Shown: one piece after another, positions 39,744-49,612 of the stretch
Layout: the number at the start of each line of letters is the position of its first letter
How positions within the stretch are numbered: the first letter of the stretch is position 1
NCBI GenBank assembly: GCA_016218625.1
Contig: JACRDL010000009.1
Coordinates: 1-53,246, forward strand
From: Elusimicrobiota bacterium
GTDB taxonomy: Bacteria > Elusimicrobiota > UBA8919
DNA: 53,246 bases
Reading direction: 5' to 3'
Program-made: the position numbers and the translations under genes
The notes under the pieces: model-generated
What the model saw: the letters and a program-made list of their open reading frames with translations, nothing else
Told to the model about the DNA's origin: nothing
Database searches by the model: none

Positions 39744-41021
39744 ATGTATCTTGAATTATTTCTTATATCATTGTCGGTTTTAATAGGGATTTATTTTTTC
39801 AACAGATACAAATCCCAGTTAAAACAGTTGTTTAATATAAAAAAGGAAATGGGTGATGTAAAAGAGAAGTATGTAAACAGTGTTGCTGCCGTCGATAATC
39901 TCATCAACATGCTTATAGAACTTCACAACTTCGGACTGAAATACTCGCCGAGTCATAACAAGCAAACCCTTTCCAAAATGATAGTTGATTACGCGGTAAA
40001 GGTCTTAAAAACCAGTATCGGTTCTTTAATGTTGATTGATGAAACAACAAATGAACTTGTAATTGTCGCCGCGAGAGGACTTGCAAAAGATGTTATGGAC
40101 ACAACGCGGCTTAAAATCGGCGAAGGTATAGCAGGACTTGTCGCTCGCGACGGGAATCCAATTTTTGTTGAAAATATAGAAACCGACCCGAGATTTTTCA
40201 AGGCGGAAAATGTTAAGTATCCGTCAAAATCGTTCATATCCGTTCCTCTCAAAATAAGAAATAAGGTTATAGGTGTCTTGAATGTCAACAGGGAAAAAGA
40301 AGGTGAAAAATTTGTTGAAAGAGATTTGCGGCTTTTGCAACTTCTCGCGGGTCAGGCGGCTATTACAATTGAAAACATTGAACTTTACCAGAATCTTCAG
40401 CGGCTTTACCTTGAGACGATGCAAACACTTGCAAAAGCAATTGACGCAAAAGATGCCTATACAAGAGAACACGCCGACCGTGCAGGATATTATGCGAAAC
40501 TTGTTGCCGAGGAACTGCATCTTCCAAAGACAATGGTAAAACATATTGAGTATGCTGCAATGATGCACGATGTGGGAAAAATAGGAATCAAAGAGGAGAT
40601 TTTACTGAAGGCGTCTAAACTTACCAATGCGGAAAGGGATGAAATAAGAAAACATCCTTTGATTGGTGAAAAAATAATCGCTCCCATTGAGTTTTTGGCG
40701 CCCATTGCACCTTTGATTCTTTATCATCACGAATGGTTTGACGGTACGGGTTACGGCGAGGGTTTGTTAGGCGAGGAAATTCCGATAGGTGCGAGAATCG
40801 TTGCGGTTATTGATTCATATGATGCGATGACATCGGACAGACCATATAGAAAAGCGTTATCTGATGAGATTGCAATTGATGAACTGAAAAGAGGTTCAGG
40901 GACGCAGTTTGACCCGAAAATTGTAAATGCTTTTTTGAAGGTTTTGGAGAATGAAAAAAATAAAAACGGTGAAAAAAAGACGGATAAGAATCAGGATTCA
41001 GCGGCTTCAAAATCCGACTGA
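39744..41021 (+). CDS. GAF plus HD-GYP phosphodiesterase-family protein
   Basis: GAF (GEGIAG, SVPL..IGVL), MHDVGKI, HHEWFDGTGYG, DSYDAMTSDRPYR. Confidence 0.9.
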   Translation: MYLELFLISLSVLIGIYFFNRYKSQLKQLFNIKKEMGDVKEKYVNSVAAVDNLINMLIELHNFGLKYSPSHNKQTLSKMIVDYAVKVLKTSIGSLMLIDETTNELVIVAARGLAKDVMDTTRLKIGEGIAGLVARDGNPIFVENIETDPRFFKAENVKYPSKSFISVPLKIRNKVIGVLNVNREKEGEKFVERDLRLLQLLAGQAAITIENIELYQNLQRLYLETMQTLAKAIDAKDAYTREHADRAGYYAKLVAEELHLPKTMVKHIEYAAMMHDVGKIGIKEEILLKASKLTNAERDEIRKHPLIGEKIIAPIEFLAPIAPLILYHHEWFDGTGYGEGLLGEEIPIGARIVAVIDSYDAMTSDRPYRKALSDEIAIDELKRGSGTQFDPKIVNAFLKVLENEKNKNGEKKTDKNQDSAASKSD

Positions 41022-41033
41022 AAATAAATTTTT

Positions 41034-41714
41034 ATGAGCGGGGTTCTTTATGTTGTTGCAACACCGATAGGTAATCTCAAAGATATTACATTAAGGGCAT
41101 TAGAAACGCTTAAAGTGGTTGATTTAATTGCCTGCGAAGATACCCGTCGGACAAAAATTTTGCTCATGCATTATGACATAGCAAAACCGCAGATAAGTTT
41201 TTACTCGCAAAACCAGTTCAGAAAAATACCCTATCTGATAGATGAGTTGAAAAAAGGAAAAAATGTTGCACTTGTTTCGGATGCGGGAACTCCGGGTATT
41301 TCAGACCCCGGATTTTTTCTTGTAAAAAACGCAATTGAGCAGGGTTTAAAGGTTGAAACCATTCCCGGTGTTTCTGCGGTTGTTACGGCACTTTCGGCCA
41401 GCGGATTGGCAACCGACGGATTTGTATTTTTGGGATTTCTGCCGAGAAAAAAAGGCAAAATTAGAAAAGTTTTACAAAAAGTTGCAGGACTTGAAAAGAC
41501 AATAATTTTTTACGAGTCACCGTACCGACTAAAAAAAACACTGAAAATAATTACAGAAATTTTTCCGCCGGCTACCGATATTGTTGTTTGTCGCGAACTT
41601 ACGAAAAAATTTGAGGAGTTTATCCGCGGAAATACCTCGGATATAATTGAAAAACTTCCTGAAAAAATTTTGGGTGAAATTACAGTTTTAATTTCTGTAA
41701 AGAACAAAGGATAA
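41034..41714 (+). CDS. rsmI: 16S rRNA C1402 2'-O-methyltransferase
   Basis: VATPIGNL, CEDTR, SDAGTP, RELTK. Confidence 0.94.
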   Translation: MSGVLYVVATPIGNLKDITLRALETLKVVDLIACEDTRRTKILLMHYDIAKPQISFYSQNQFRKIPYLIDELKKGKNVALVSDAGTPGISDPGFFLVKNAIEQGLKVETIPGVSAVVTALSASGLATDGFVFLGFLPRKKGKIRKVLQKVAGLEKTIIFYESPYRLKKTLKIITEIFPPATDIVVCRELTKKFEEFIRGNTSDIIEKLPEKILGEITVLISVKNKG

Positions 41715-41775
41715 GCCGCAGAAGGACACAGAACTTCACTGAATTTTTCTGTGCACTTCTGTGATATTCTGTGGC
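41715..41775. repeat. 9-mer CACAGAA/TTCTGTG inverted tandem repeat
   Basis: gccgcagaaggacacagaacttcactgaa / ttctgtgcacttctgtgatattctgtggc. Confidence 0.85.
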
Positions 41776-41788
41776 AAAAAAAAAGAAA

Positions 41789-42802
41789 ATGATAAATGTT
41801 GCTATTGTCGGTGCAAAAGGTTATGCAGGAGAGGAACTCATAAAGATTCTTCTGAAACATTCGGGAGTAAAAATTACTTCTTTATCAGGCAGAATGGATG
41901 GGAAACCGAAGCATATATGCGAAATGTATCCATATTTAAAGGGTAATCTTGATATGTTTTGCGAGGATATTGATGAGAAAAAAATTGTCGAAAATGCAGA
42001 TATTATTTTTACCGCCCTGCCGCATATGGTTTCAATGGAAATTGTTTCAAAGTTTATATCTTTGGGTAAAAAAGTAATTGATTTAAGCGCTGATTTCCGT
42101 CTGAAAAACCCTGATATTTATGAAAAATGGTACGGAGTAAAACATGTAAATCCCGGACTTTTGGAAAAAGCGGTTTATGGACTCCCTGAACTTTATAGAA
42201 AAAAAATAAAAAAAGCAAAACTGATTGCAAATCCCGGTTGTTATCCTACGAGCATAATTTTGGGTTGTTATCCCGCGATTAAAGAAAAAATTGCCAAGAA
42301 AAAAGAAATAATTATTGATTCAAAAAGCGGATATTCAGGCGGCGGCAGGGAGTTTGCCAAAAATTACAAAGAACCGAATTGTTACGCATATCAAATCGGA
42401 GGAATTCACAGACATATTCCGGAAATTGAGCAGGAACTGAAATGTCAGATAACTTTCATTCCGCACATAATTCCGCAAGAGAGGGGAATGCTTTCAACTA
42501 TTTATTTGCAATTAAAAAAAGATATTTTCCCACGGGGACTTCCTGCGGTCGCTTTGGAGGATGTTGTTGCGGTTTACAAAAAATATTACGAGAACGAACC
42601 GTTTGTCAGAATAGTAGAAACAGCGATGACAAAAAATGTTGTCAATACAAATTATTGTGATATAGCGATAAATATTGACGGAAAAACAAATAATTTAATC
42701 ATCACATCCGCCATAGACAATCTTGTCAAAGGCGCCGCAGGTCAGGCCGTCCAAAACATGAATATAATGTTCGGCATTGACGAAAAAGAAGGTTTAATAT
42801 GA
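41789..42802 (+). CDS. argC: N-acetyl-gamma-glutamyl-phosphate reductase
   Basis: GAKGYAG, DLSADFR, ANPGCYPT, DNLVKGAAGQA. Confidence 0.95.
   Translation: MINVAIVGAKGYAGEELIKILLKHSGVKITSLSGRMDGKPKHICEMYPYLKGNLDMFCEDIDEKKIVENADIIFTALPHMVSMEIVSKFISLGKKVIDLSADFRLKNPDIYEKWYGVKHVNPGLLEKAVYGLPELYRKKIKKAKLIANPGCYPTSIILGCYPAIKEKIAKKKEIIIDSKSGYSGGGREFAKNYKEPNCYAYQIGGIHRHIPEIEQELKCQITFIPHIIPQERGMLSTIYLQLKKDIFPRGLPAVALEDVVAVYKKYYENEPFVRIVETAMTKNVVNTNYCDIAINIDGKTNNLIITSAIDNLVKGAAGQAVQNMNIMFGIDEKEGLI
42528..42551. mobile_element. 24-nt mini-insert in frame in argC
   Basis: tccc-acg-gggacttcc-tgc-ggtcg, same motif as 1518-1542. Confidence 0.7.
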
Positions 42803-42803
42803 A

Positions 42804-42904
42804 CCCCGCTCCTACTAAATTGTTGTTTGAGAAAATCTGCTTATTGAAAATATCAAATTCTAATTTTGTCAATTTTACTGGTTTTGCAGGAGGGGCGGGG
42901 TGAA
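42804..42904. mobile_element. Miniature CCCCG..CGGGG element at the argC/argJ junction
   Basis: tgaa|ccccgctcct..aggaggggcgggg|tgaa. Confidence 0.75.
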
Positions 42905-44081
42905 TTTTCCGAAAGGTTTTTTTGCTAACGGGTTGCATTGCGGGATAAAAAAAAACGGGAAAAAAGACCTGTCTATTTTTTATTCCGAAAAACCATCTGT
43001 TGCGGCCGGCGTATTCACGAAAAATATTTTTAAGGCGGCGCCCGTGATTATTTCACAAAAAAATATAAAAAATAAAATACATTGTATTGTGGCTAATTCT
43101 GGTTGTGCTAATGCTTGCACGGGTGAAAGGGGAATTGGTGATGTAAAAAAAATATGCGAGTTGACTGCGGATAAATTAAATGTAAAACCAGAAAATATTT
43201 TGGTTGCTTCAACCGGTGTGATTGGTCAGTATCTACCGATGGAAAAAATTGAAAACGGCATTAGGAAATTGTGTTTATATATTCCACCAACTAACCGACC
43301 GAAATCTGCTGTTGAAGGCATTATGACCACAGACACATTTCCCAAGGTTGTTTCTTCTACCTTCTACCTTCTACCTTCTACCCGCTGTACTATTTGGGCT
43401 TGTGCAAAAGGTTCCGGAATGATTGAGCCGAATTTGGCGACAATGCTTTCTTTCATTTTGACAGACGCGCAAATTACAAAAGAAGCATTAAGCCGTGCCT
43501 TGAAAATTGCGACTGAAAAAAGTTTTAATTGTCTGACTGTTGACGGAGATACATCAACTAATGACACAGTTTTTGTTCTTGCTAACGGAGCTGCAAAAAA
43601 TAAACTTATATCTGACGGTAAAAACTTTCAATTATTTTGCGATAAGTTAACTGCTGTTTGTATTGAACTTACAAAAATGCTTGCCAGTGACGGTGAGGGT
43701 GCGACAAAACTAATTGCCATAAATGTTAGAGACGCTAAAAATATCTGTGATGCAAAAAAAATTGCAAAAACGGTGGCAAATTCTCCGCTTGTTAAGACGG
43801 CTATTTTTGGAAATGACGCAAATTGGGGTCGCATAGTTGCTGCAATCGGAAGAAGTGAAGTAATGGTTGATTCAAAAAAAGTTGATGTTTCTTTCAGTAA
43901 TCTCTGTGTCTTCAAAAAAGGTTGCCCTGTTAGTTTTTCGGAAAAAATTGCAAGAAAAATTATATTACAAAAGGTTGTCTCTATAAATATAAACTTGAAT
44001 AGCGGAAAAGAGTATGCAACCGTTTATACATGCGATTTCAGCGACGGTTACATAAAAGTCAACGCTTCATATAGAACATGA
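42900..44081 (+). CDS. argJ: Bifunctional ornithine acetyltransferase
   Basis: NSGCANACTG, STGVIG, TTDT, KGSGMI..ATML, DTSTND, DGEGATK. Confidence 0.95.
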   Translation: MNFPKGFFANGLHCGIKKNGKKDLSIFYSEKPSVAAGVFTKNIFKAAPVIISQKNIKNKIHCIVANSGCANACTGERGIGDVKKICELTADKLNVKPENILVASTGVIGQYLPMEKIENGIRKLCLYIPPTNRPKSAVEGIMTTDTFPKVVSSTFYLLPSTRCTIWACAKGSGMIEPNLATMLSFILTDAQITKEALSRALKIATEKSFNCLTVDGDTSTNDTVFVLANGAAKNKLISDGKNFQLFCDKLTAVCIELTKMLASDGEGATKLIAINVRDAKNICDAKKIAKTVANSPLVKTAIFGNDANWGRIVAAIGRSEVMVDSKKVDVSFSNLCVFKKGCPVSFSEKIARKIILQKVVSININLNSGKEYATVYTCDFSDGYIKVNASYRT

Positions 44082-44701
44082 AAACATATAAACTGAAAAA
44101 AATAGATAAAAAGGCGATAAAAGAAATTGCACTGGATTTGAAAAATGGAAAAATTGCGATTTATCCGACGGATACTATCTACGGTATCGGAACTAATGCG
44201 TTTTGTTTTGAAAGTGTAAAGAAAATTTATAAATTGAAAGGCCGCACCGATAAAAAACCGCTGCCTGTTCTCGTTGATGACATTTCAAAAATTAAAAAAA
44301 TTGTAAGAAAAATTCCGACAGGAGCGTTGCAATTGGCAAAAAAATTTTGGCCGGGACCGCTTACGTTTGTATTTGAAACAAATGAACTCGGCTGTATGCT
44401 TACCGGGGGCAAAAAAAATATAGCAGTAAGAATTCCAGATAACAAAGTTTTACTTTCAATTATAAAAGAAATGACCTATCCGCTTATAGGTACAAGTGCC
44501 AATGTTTCCGGAAAAAAAAACTGCAGATGTCTTTCGGATTTAGATAAAAAAATTCTTAAAAATGTTGATATGATTATAGATGGTGGTGTTGTAAAATTGG
44601 GGAAACCGTCAACCGTTTTGGATGTCAGTAAATTCCCATATATTGTGTTAAGAGAAGGTTGCATATCAAAAAAAGAAATAGAAAAATTCATGAAAATATA
44701 G
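44078..44701 (+). CDS. tsaC: Threonylcarbamoyl-AMP synthase (Sua5/YrdC)
   Basis: PTDTIYG, KGR, WPGPLT, TSAN. Confidence 0.92.
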   Translation: MKTYKLKKIDKKAIKEIALDLKNGKIAIYPTDTIYGIGTNAFCFESVKKIYKLKGRTDKKPLPVLVDDISKIKKIVRKIPTGALQLAKKFWPGPLTFVFETNELGCMLTGGKKNIAVRIPDNKVLLSIIKEMTYPLIGTSANVSGKKNCRCLSDLDKKILKNVDMIIDGGVVKLGKPSTVLDVSKFPYIVLREGCISKKEIEKFMKI

Positions 44702-44710
44702 GAGATATAG

Positions 44711-45955
44711 ATGCATCTGAAAAAAACGGATTGCGAAATTTGGGAAGTGATACAAAACGAAACGAAGCGACAGTCGGAAAATCTTGAACTGATTGCATCT
44801 GAAAATTTTACATCGGAGGCAGTTTTAGAGGCGCAGGGCTCTGTCTTAACGAATAAATACGCCGAGGGTTACATCGGAAAAAGATATTACGGCGGATGCC
44901 AATTTGTGGATGTGGCGGAAAAACTTGCCATAGAGCGTGCAAAAAAACTTTTTAATTGTGAGCATGTAAATGTTCAACCGCACTCGGGTACACAGGCGAA
45001 CATGGCAGTTTATTTTGCGGTACTTGACATCGGGGATACAATTATGGGAATGCATCTTTCACACGGTGGTCATCTTTCACATGGTCATCCCATGAATTTC
45101 TCGGGAAAATATTTTAAGACGGTGCCGATAGGGGTATCAAAGAAAACCGGACTTATTGATTACAGGGAAGCAAAACGCCTTGCCATAACACATAAACCGA
45201 AACTGATTGTTGCGGGAACTTCCGCATATTCAAGAGTTATTGATTGGCGAAAGTTTAGGAGTATCTGCGATGATGTTGGTGCTTATCTTATGGCTGATAT
45301 CGCACATTATGCAGGTCTAATCGCGGCGGGATTATATCCTTCGCCCGTGCCGTTTGCTGATTTTGTGACGACAACGACTCATAAGACATTAAGGGGCCCT
45401 CGTGGCGGAATGATTATGTGTAAAGCGAAATATGCATCCGTTATAGATAGAACCGTTTTTCCGGGAACGCAAGGCGGACCGTTGATGCATGTGATTGCAG
45501 CAAAAGCAGTCGCTTTTGGTGAAGCACTAAAACCCGAATTTAAAAAATATCAGTTTCAAATTTTGAAAAATGCAAGAAAACTTTCCGAGGCATTACAAAA
45601 AAATGGTTTCAAAATTGTATCAGGCGGTACGGATTCACATCTTTTACTTATTGATTTAAGTCCTAAAAAACTTACCGGCTTTGAAGTTGAAAAAGTTCTT
45701 GATAAAGCAGGAATTACCGTCAATAAAAATTCAATCCCTTACGACACCCAAAAACCATTTATCACATCGGGAATACGGCTCGGAACACCTGCCGTTACAA
45801 CCCGTGGAATGAAAGAAAATGAAATGCAATTGATATCTGATTTTATCAGCGATGCGGTAAAATACAGAGATAGCGAATCATCGTTGAAAAAAATAAAAGA
45901 AAAAGTAAAATCACTTTGTAAAAAATTCCCGTTGTATAAAAACAGATTGAAATGA
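44711..45955 (+). CDS. glyA: Serine hydroxymethyltransferase
   Basis: [25 protein letters not shown]. Confidence 0.97.
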   Translation: MHLKKTDCEIWEVIQNETKRQSENLELIASENFTSEAVLEAQGSVLTNKYAEGYIGKRYYGGCQFVDVAEKLAIERAKKLFNCEHVNVQPHSGTQANMAVYFAVLDIGDTIMGMHLSHGGHLSHGHPMNFSGKYFKTVPIGVSKKTGLIDYREAKRLAITHKPKLIVAGTSAYSRVIDWRKFRSICDDVGAYLMADIAHYAGLIAAGLYPSPVPFADFVTTTTHKTLRGPRGGMIMCKAKYASVIDRTVFPGTQGGPLMHVIAAKAVAFGEALKPEFKKYQFQILKNARKLSEALQKNGFKIVSGGTDSHLLLIDLSPKKLTGFEVEKVLDKAGITVNKNSIPYDTQKPFITSGIRLGTPAVTTRGMKENEMQLISDFISDAVKYRDSESSLKKIKEKVKSLCKKFPLYKNRLK

Positions 45956-47001
45956 ATTATATTTATTTGACTGCCTTTGCCGTTGCACTATTTGTTTCTT
46001 TTGCAACGACTCCTATTGCCAAATGGCTTGCAAAAAAGTTTGATGTCACAGATAAACCCGACGGCAGAAAAATTCACTCAATGATTATGCCGCGATGGGG
46101 AGGAATATCCATATTTCTCGGTTTTATAACCGGCATTGTATGCCTGTATTTTTTTCAGCGGTTTCAAACATTGCTTGCATTCCGTCATAAAGTATTTGTT
46201 AAGGGTGAACTTGAAGGTATTCTTTCAATTGACAAACAACTTACCGGAATTCTTATCGGCGGAGCCGTTGTTTTTATTCTCGGTCTTTTTGACGATAAAA
46301 AAAGCGTGCCGCCGGTTGTGAAATTTTTAATTCAGATAATAGTGGCGTTGTCCGTCATAAGTTACGGCGTTAATATATCCGGATTGAATCTTCCGTTTTT
46401 CAAAAGTTACTTCAATTTCCCGCTTTTGTTAAGCCAAATAATTACCGTTTTCTGGCTTATCGGTTTTATGAATACCATAAATCTTATTGACGGTCTTGAC
46501 GGTCTTGCGGCGGGTGTTGTTGCGATTGCAGCATCAACATTTTTGATTGTTGCAATTTTACAGAGCGACACGAAAATCATTCTTTTTTCAAAACAGTTAA
46601 AACTTGCGGCAATTCTGTGTGCCGCCCTTGCCGGCGCATGTATCGGTTTTTTATATCATAATTTTCATCCCGCAAAAATTTTTATGGGTGATAGCGGCAG
46701 TCAATTTTTGGGTTTTATGCTCGGTGCAATAAGCGTTATAGGAACCTTGAAAACAACTGCTATGGTTGCGCTTTTTATTCCAATAACGGTTGTAGCGCTT
46801 CCCGTTTTAGATGTAGCATTTTCAATTTTAAGAAGGGTAAGAAGTAAAAAAAATATAATGACGGCTGACAAAGAGCATTTTCATCATCGTCTTTTGAATA
46901 TCGGTTGGACGCATAAGGAAATAGTGCTTTTGATATATGTGATAACTTTTATTTTGTCGTTTTGCGCAATTTTGCTTACTGTCTTCAACGGAAAAGTTTA
47001 A
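45952..47001 (+). CDS. WecA/TagO-family undecaprenyl-phosphate GlcNAc-1-P transferase
   Basis: [28 protein letters not shown]. Confidence 0.9.
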   Translation: MNYIYLTAFAVALFVSFATTPIAKWLAKKFDVTDKPDGRKIHSMIMPRWGGISIFLGFITGIVCLYFFQRFQTLLAFRHKVFVKGELEGILSIDKQLTGILIGGAVVFILGLFDDKKSVPPVVKFLIQIIVALSVISYGVNISGLNLPFFKSYFNFPLLLSQIITVFWLIGFMNTINLIDGLDGLAAGVVAIAASTFLIVAILQSDTKIILFSKQLKLAAILCAALAGACIGFLYHNFHPAKIFMGDSGSQFLGFMLGAISVIGTLKTTAMVALFIPITVVALPVLDVAFSILRRVRSKKNIMTADKEHFHHRLLNIGWTHKEIVLLIYVITFILSFCAILLTVFNGKV

Positions 47002-47006
47002 TAAAA

Positions 47007-47090
47007 CAGAATTAAGTGATAAGTTGTAAGGATTAAGAAGAAACTTAATACTTAAAGGGAGCGAAGCGACCGACTTAATCCTTAATACTG
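47007..47090 (+). repeat. GGATTAA/TTAATCC heptamer element
   Basis: cagaattaagtgataagttgtaaggattaag..gcgaagcgac..cttaatccttaatactg. Confidence 0.88.
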
Positions 47091-47104
47091 AATAGGGAGT
47101 TTTT

Positions 47105-47476
47105 ATGGAAAAAAATCCGAAATTGGATGAATTGTCATTGGATGAGATTAACGCTGTTTTGACACACAAATGGTTTTTATCACAACAGGCCCGCCAGGAT
47201 GTCGGAATTGATTTTGCCTTAGACGACTGGTTTCAAAATCATTCAAAAAAATGGCGTGATGAGAAAATGAAAGCCGATTTTGAAGCGCAAAAAGCCGAAA
47301 TTGAAAAACACAAGTGGTTTCTCTCTCAAAAACTTGGTTATGATGTCGGAAGGCAGCAGGCGGCGCTTGATTGGATAAAATCCGGATATGCGGAGGCGTG
47401 GCGGAACAAATCGGGACCCTATTGCGAAAAAAAAGATAATAAAATAGAAGCGGACAAACCCGCTTCTAACCATTAA
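47105..47476 (+). CDS. DUF4032-like protein with two internal repeats
   Basis: HKWFLSQ..DVG...A..DW occurs twice. Confidence 0.7.
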   Translation: MEKNPKLDELSLDEINAVLTHKWFLSQQARQDVGIDFALDDWFQNHSKKWRDEKMKADFEAQKAEIEKHKWFLSQKLGYDVGRQQAALDWIKSGYAEAWRNKSGPYCEKKDNKIEADKPASNH

Positions 47477-47486
47477 AATGAAAGGT

Positions 47487-47594
47487 CGCTCACAAGCAAA
47501 TTTTTTTGAGACGCTCGTCTGCCACTCGCTCTGCAATTTGCTCCTGGAACAAAGAAGTCGCAAATTGAGGCTCTTCAAAAATTTCTTGCTCGCT
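47487..47594. repeat. Family A-related hairpin element, divergent copy 3
   Basis: cgctcacaagcaaattttt .. aaatttcttgctcgc ends, with cgctc/aagtcgc core as in 1420-1597. Confidence 0.65.
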
Positions 47595-47614
47595 TCTGAT
47601 AATAATGTAGAAAT

Positions 47615-48052
47615 ATGAAATACACAGTCGGCAATATCGGCAAAGCAATAGTTGCAAAAATAGAAAACGGTGATGATCTGATAGGGTGTCTTACAAAAAT
47701 TACACTGAAAGAAAATATTAAATCCGGAATCGTTTTTGTTATCGGTGCAATTCATAAAAACAAAGCTGTCTGCGGTCCGATTAAATCTGTAATTCCTGCA
47801 AAACCTTTTTGGCAGAATTTTCCGGGTCCATCTGAAATCGTAGGTATTGGAACTATTTTCCAAAAGAATTATCAGCCGAAAATTCATCTACATTCGGCAA
47901 TCGGAAGGGGAAAAATTACCCGTGTGGGCTGTTTAAGAAATAAAATGGGAGTGTTTTTGATAGTTGAAGCGGTCATACTTGAAATTAAAAATGTCAATGC
48001 TAAAAGAATGTTTGATAAAAAATTCGCTTTGTCTTTATTAGAGGTTTTGTAA
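47615..48052 (+). CDS. PPC/DUF296-domain protein
   Basis: GDDLI, IGA, EIVGIG, HLH. Confidence 0.8.
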   Translation: MKYTVGNIGKAIVAKIENGDDLIGCLTKITLKENIKSGIVFVIGAIHKNKAVCGPIKSVIPAKPFWQNFPGPSEIVGIGTIFQKNYQPKIHLHSAIGRGKITRVGCLRNKMGVFLIVEAVILEIKNVNAKRMFDKKFALSLLEVL

Positions 48053-49338
48053 TGTCAGATATAAAAACTGAAATCATTGCCGGAACGACAACATTTATAA
48101 CAATGGCTTACATAATTTTCGTCAACCCCGCGATACTTTCTGCAGCAGGTGTGCCATTTGAAGCAGTAGTACTTGCAACCTGTATCGGTAGTGGTTTGAT
48201 GACTATTTTTATGGGGCTTTATTCAAATTATCCGTTTGCACTTGCGCCGGGAATGGGGCTTAACGCTGTCGTTGCATTCACACTTTGCGGCCAGATGGGA
48301 CTTTCATATTCAGTCGCAATGGGAATGATTGTTATTGAAGGATTGATGGTAACGATTTTCGTTCTCACAAGAACACGAGAAGCAATAATGGATGCGATTC
48401 CTAAACCCATAAAACTTGCCATCGGAGTTGGTATCGGAATTTTCATCGCTTTTATCGGACTTTCACAGGGCGGAATTATTGAAAAAAATCCAGCAACGCT
48501 TGTTTCACTCGGAAACCTGAAAACAGATTATGCTCTGACGGCAATAATCGGGCTAATGCTTACAAGTGTTCTTCTCGCTTTCAGGCTGAAAGCATCAATT
48601 TTTATCGGGATAATTTTAACTGCAATTGTCGGATTTTTGTTCGGCGTTGTTTCGCTTCCACAAAAAATATTCTCATTTCCGACTGACTTTTCAGTAATGT
48701 TCAAGCCGGATATTGCCGGAGCATTAAAACTGTCGCTTATTCCTATGATATTTGCACTTTTTATGACTGATTTTTTTGATACGATGGGAACGGTCATCGG
48801 TGTTTCGGAAGAAGGCGGTTTTTTGGATAAAGATGGAAAGTTACCACGGCTGAAAAATGTTTTATTGGTTGACTCTCTCGCTGCTGTCTGCGGCGGACTT
48901 TCAGGCTCTTCGTCAATTACAACATACATTGAATCTGCTGCCGGCGTTGCCGAGGGCGGAAAAACAGGAAAAACATCCGTTGTAACTGGAACACTATTTT
49001 TGATTTCAATTTTTTTAATTCCAATTGTCTGCGTTATCGGCGGCGGTTACAAAATTGCAGAAGGCATCTACAAATATCCGGTGACCGCGCCTGCATTGAT
49101 TATTGTCGGATTTTTAATGATGTCATCTATAAAAGGTATTGATTTCAAAAAAACAGAAGAAGGAATACCTGCATTTCTAACGATTATCGGGATGCCTTTG
49201 ACATACAACATCTCACATGGTATCGGCTTCGGATTCGTCTCCTACACACTGATTAAACTTTTTACCGGCAAAGCCAAAGAACTCCATCCTCTTATTTATA
49301 TTGTCTCTCTTTTATTTATCATAAACTTTACCCTGTAA
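48052..49338 (+). CDS. NCS2/AzgA-family purine permease
   Basis: AGTTTFITMAYIIFVNP, APGMGLNA, DFFDTMGT, TTYIESAAG. Confidence 0.92.
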   Translation: MSDIKTEIIAGTTTFITMAYIIFVNPAILSAAGVPFEAVVLATCIGSGLMTIFMGLYSNYPFALAPGMGLNAVVAFTLCGQMGLSYSVAMGMIVIEGLMVTIFVLTRTREAIMDAIPKPIKLAIGVGIGIFIAFIGLSQGGIIEKNPATLVSLGNLKTDYALTAIIGLMLTSVLLAFRLKASIFIGIILTAIVGFLFGVVSLPQKIFSFPTDFSVMFKPDIAGALKLSLIPMIFALFMTDFFDTMGTVIGVSEEGGFLDKDGKLPRLKNVLLVDSLAAVCGGLSGSSSITTYIESAAGVAEGGKTGKTSVVTGTLFLISIFLIPIVCVIGGGYKIAEGIYKYPVTAPALIIVGFLMMSSIKGIDFKKTEEGIPAFLTIIGMPLTYNISHGIGFGFVSYTLIKLFTGKAKELHPLIYIVSLLFIINFTL

Positions 49339-49612
49339 AAATTTTTTTTGATAATGACACCAAATTTGTGTTATACTATTTTTGAGAAAATGGGATTGTT
49401 CACAATAACCTAATAATAAAAACAAGTGAACCGATTCAACTCCGTTGCAATGTTCTCGGACAATAAATACTTAAAATCAAGAATAATAAAGAGTAATGGA
49501 AATAGTGGCCGCACATCAGATAACAGGGGCATTGCGGTTTAGTTTCACTTCGTCCAAACTACCTGCAGCGAGTCAGTGGGGACTGGCTGAGTTTAGATAG
49601 GAAGGTCAAATT

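Noticed and set aside
47243-47887. 214-aa minus-strand ORF and the other minus-strand ORFs such as 51220-51873
   Set aside because: Antisense shadows of well-supported + strand genes with no motifs
49390-49610. tmRNA or 6S RNA
   Set aside because: No tRNA-like T arm or acceptor end; the putative tag GNSGRTSDNRGIAV is unconvincing; the stem is too short for 6S
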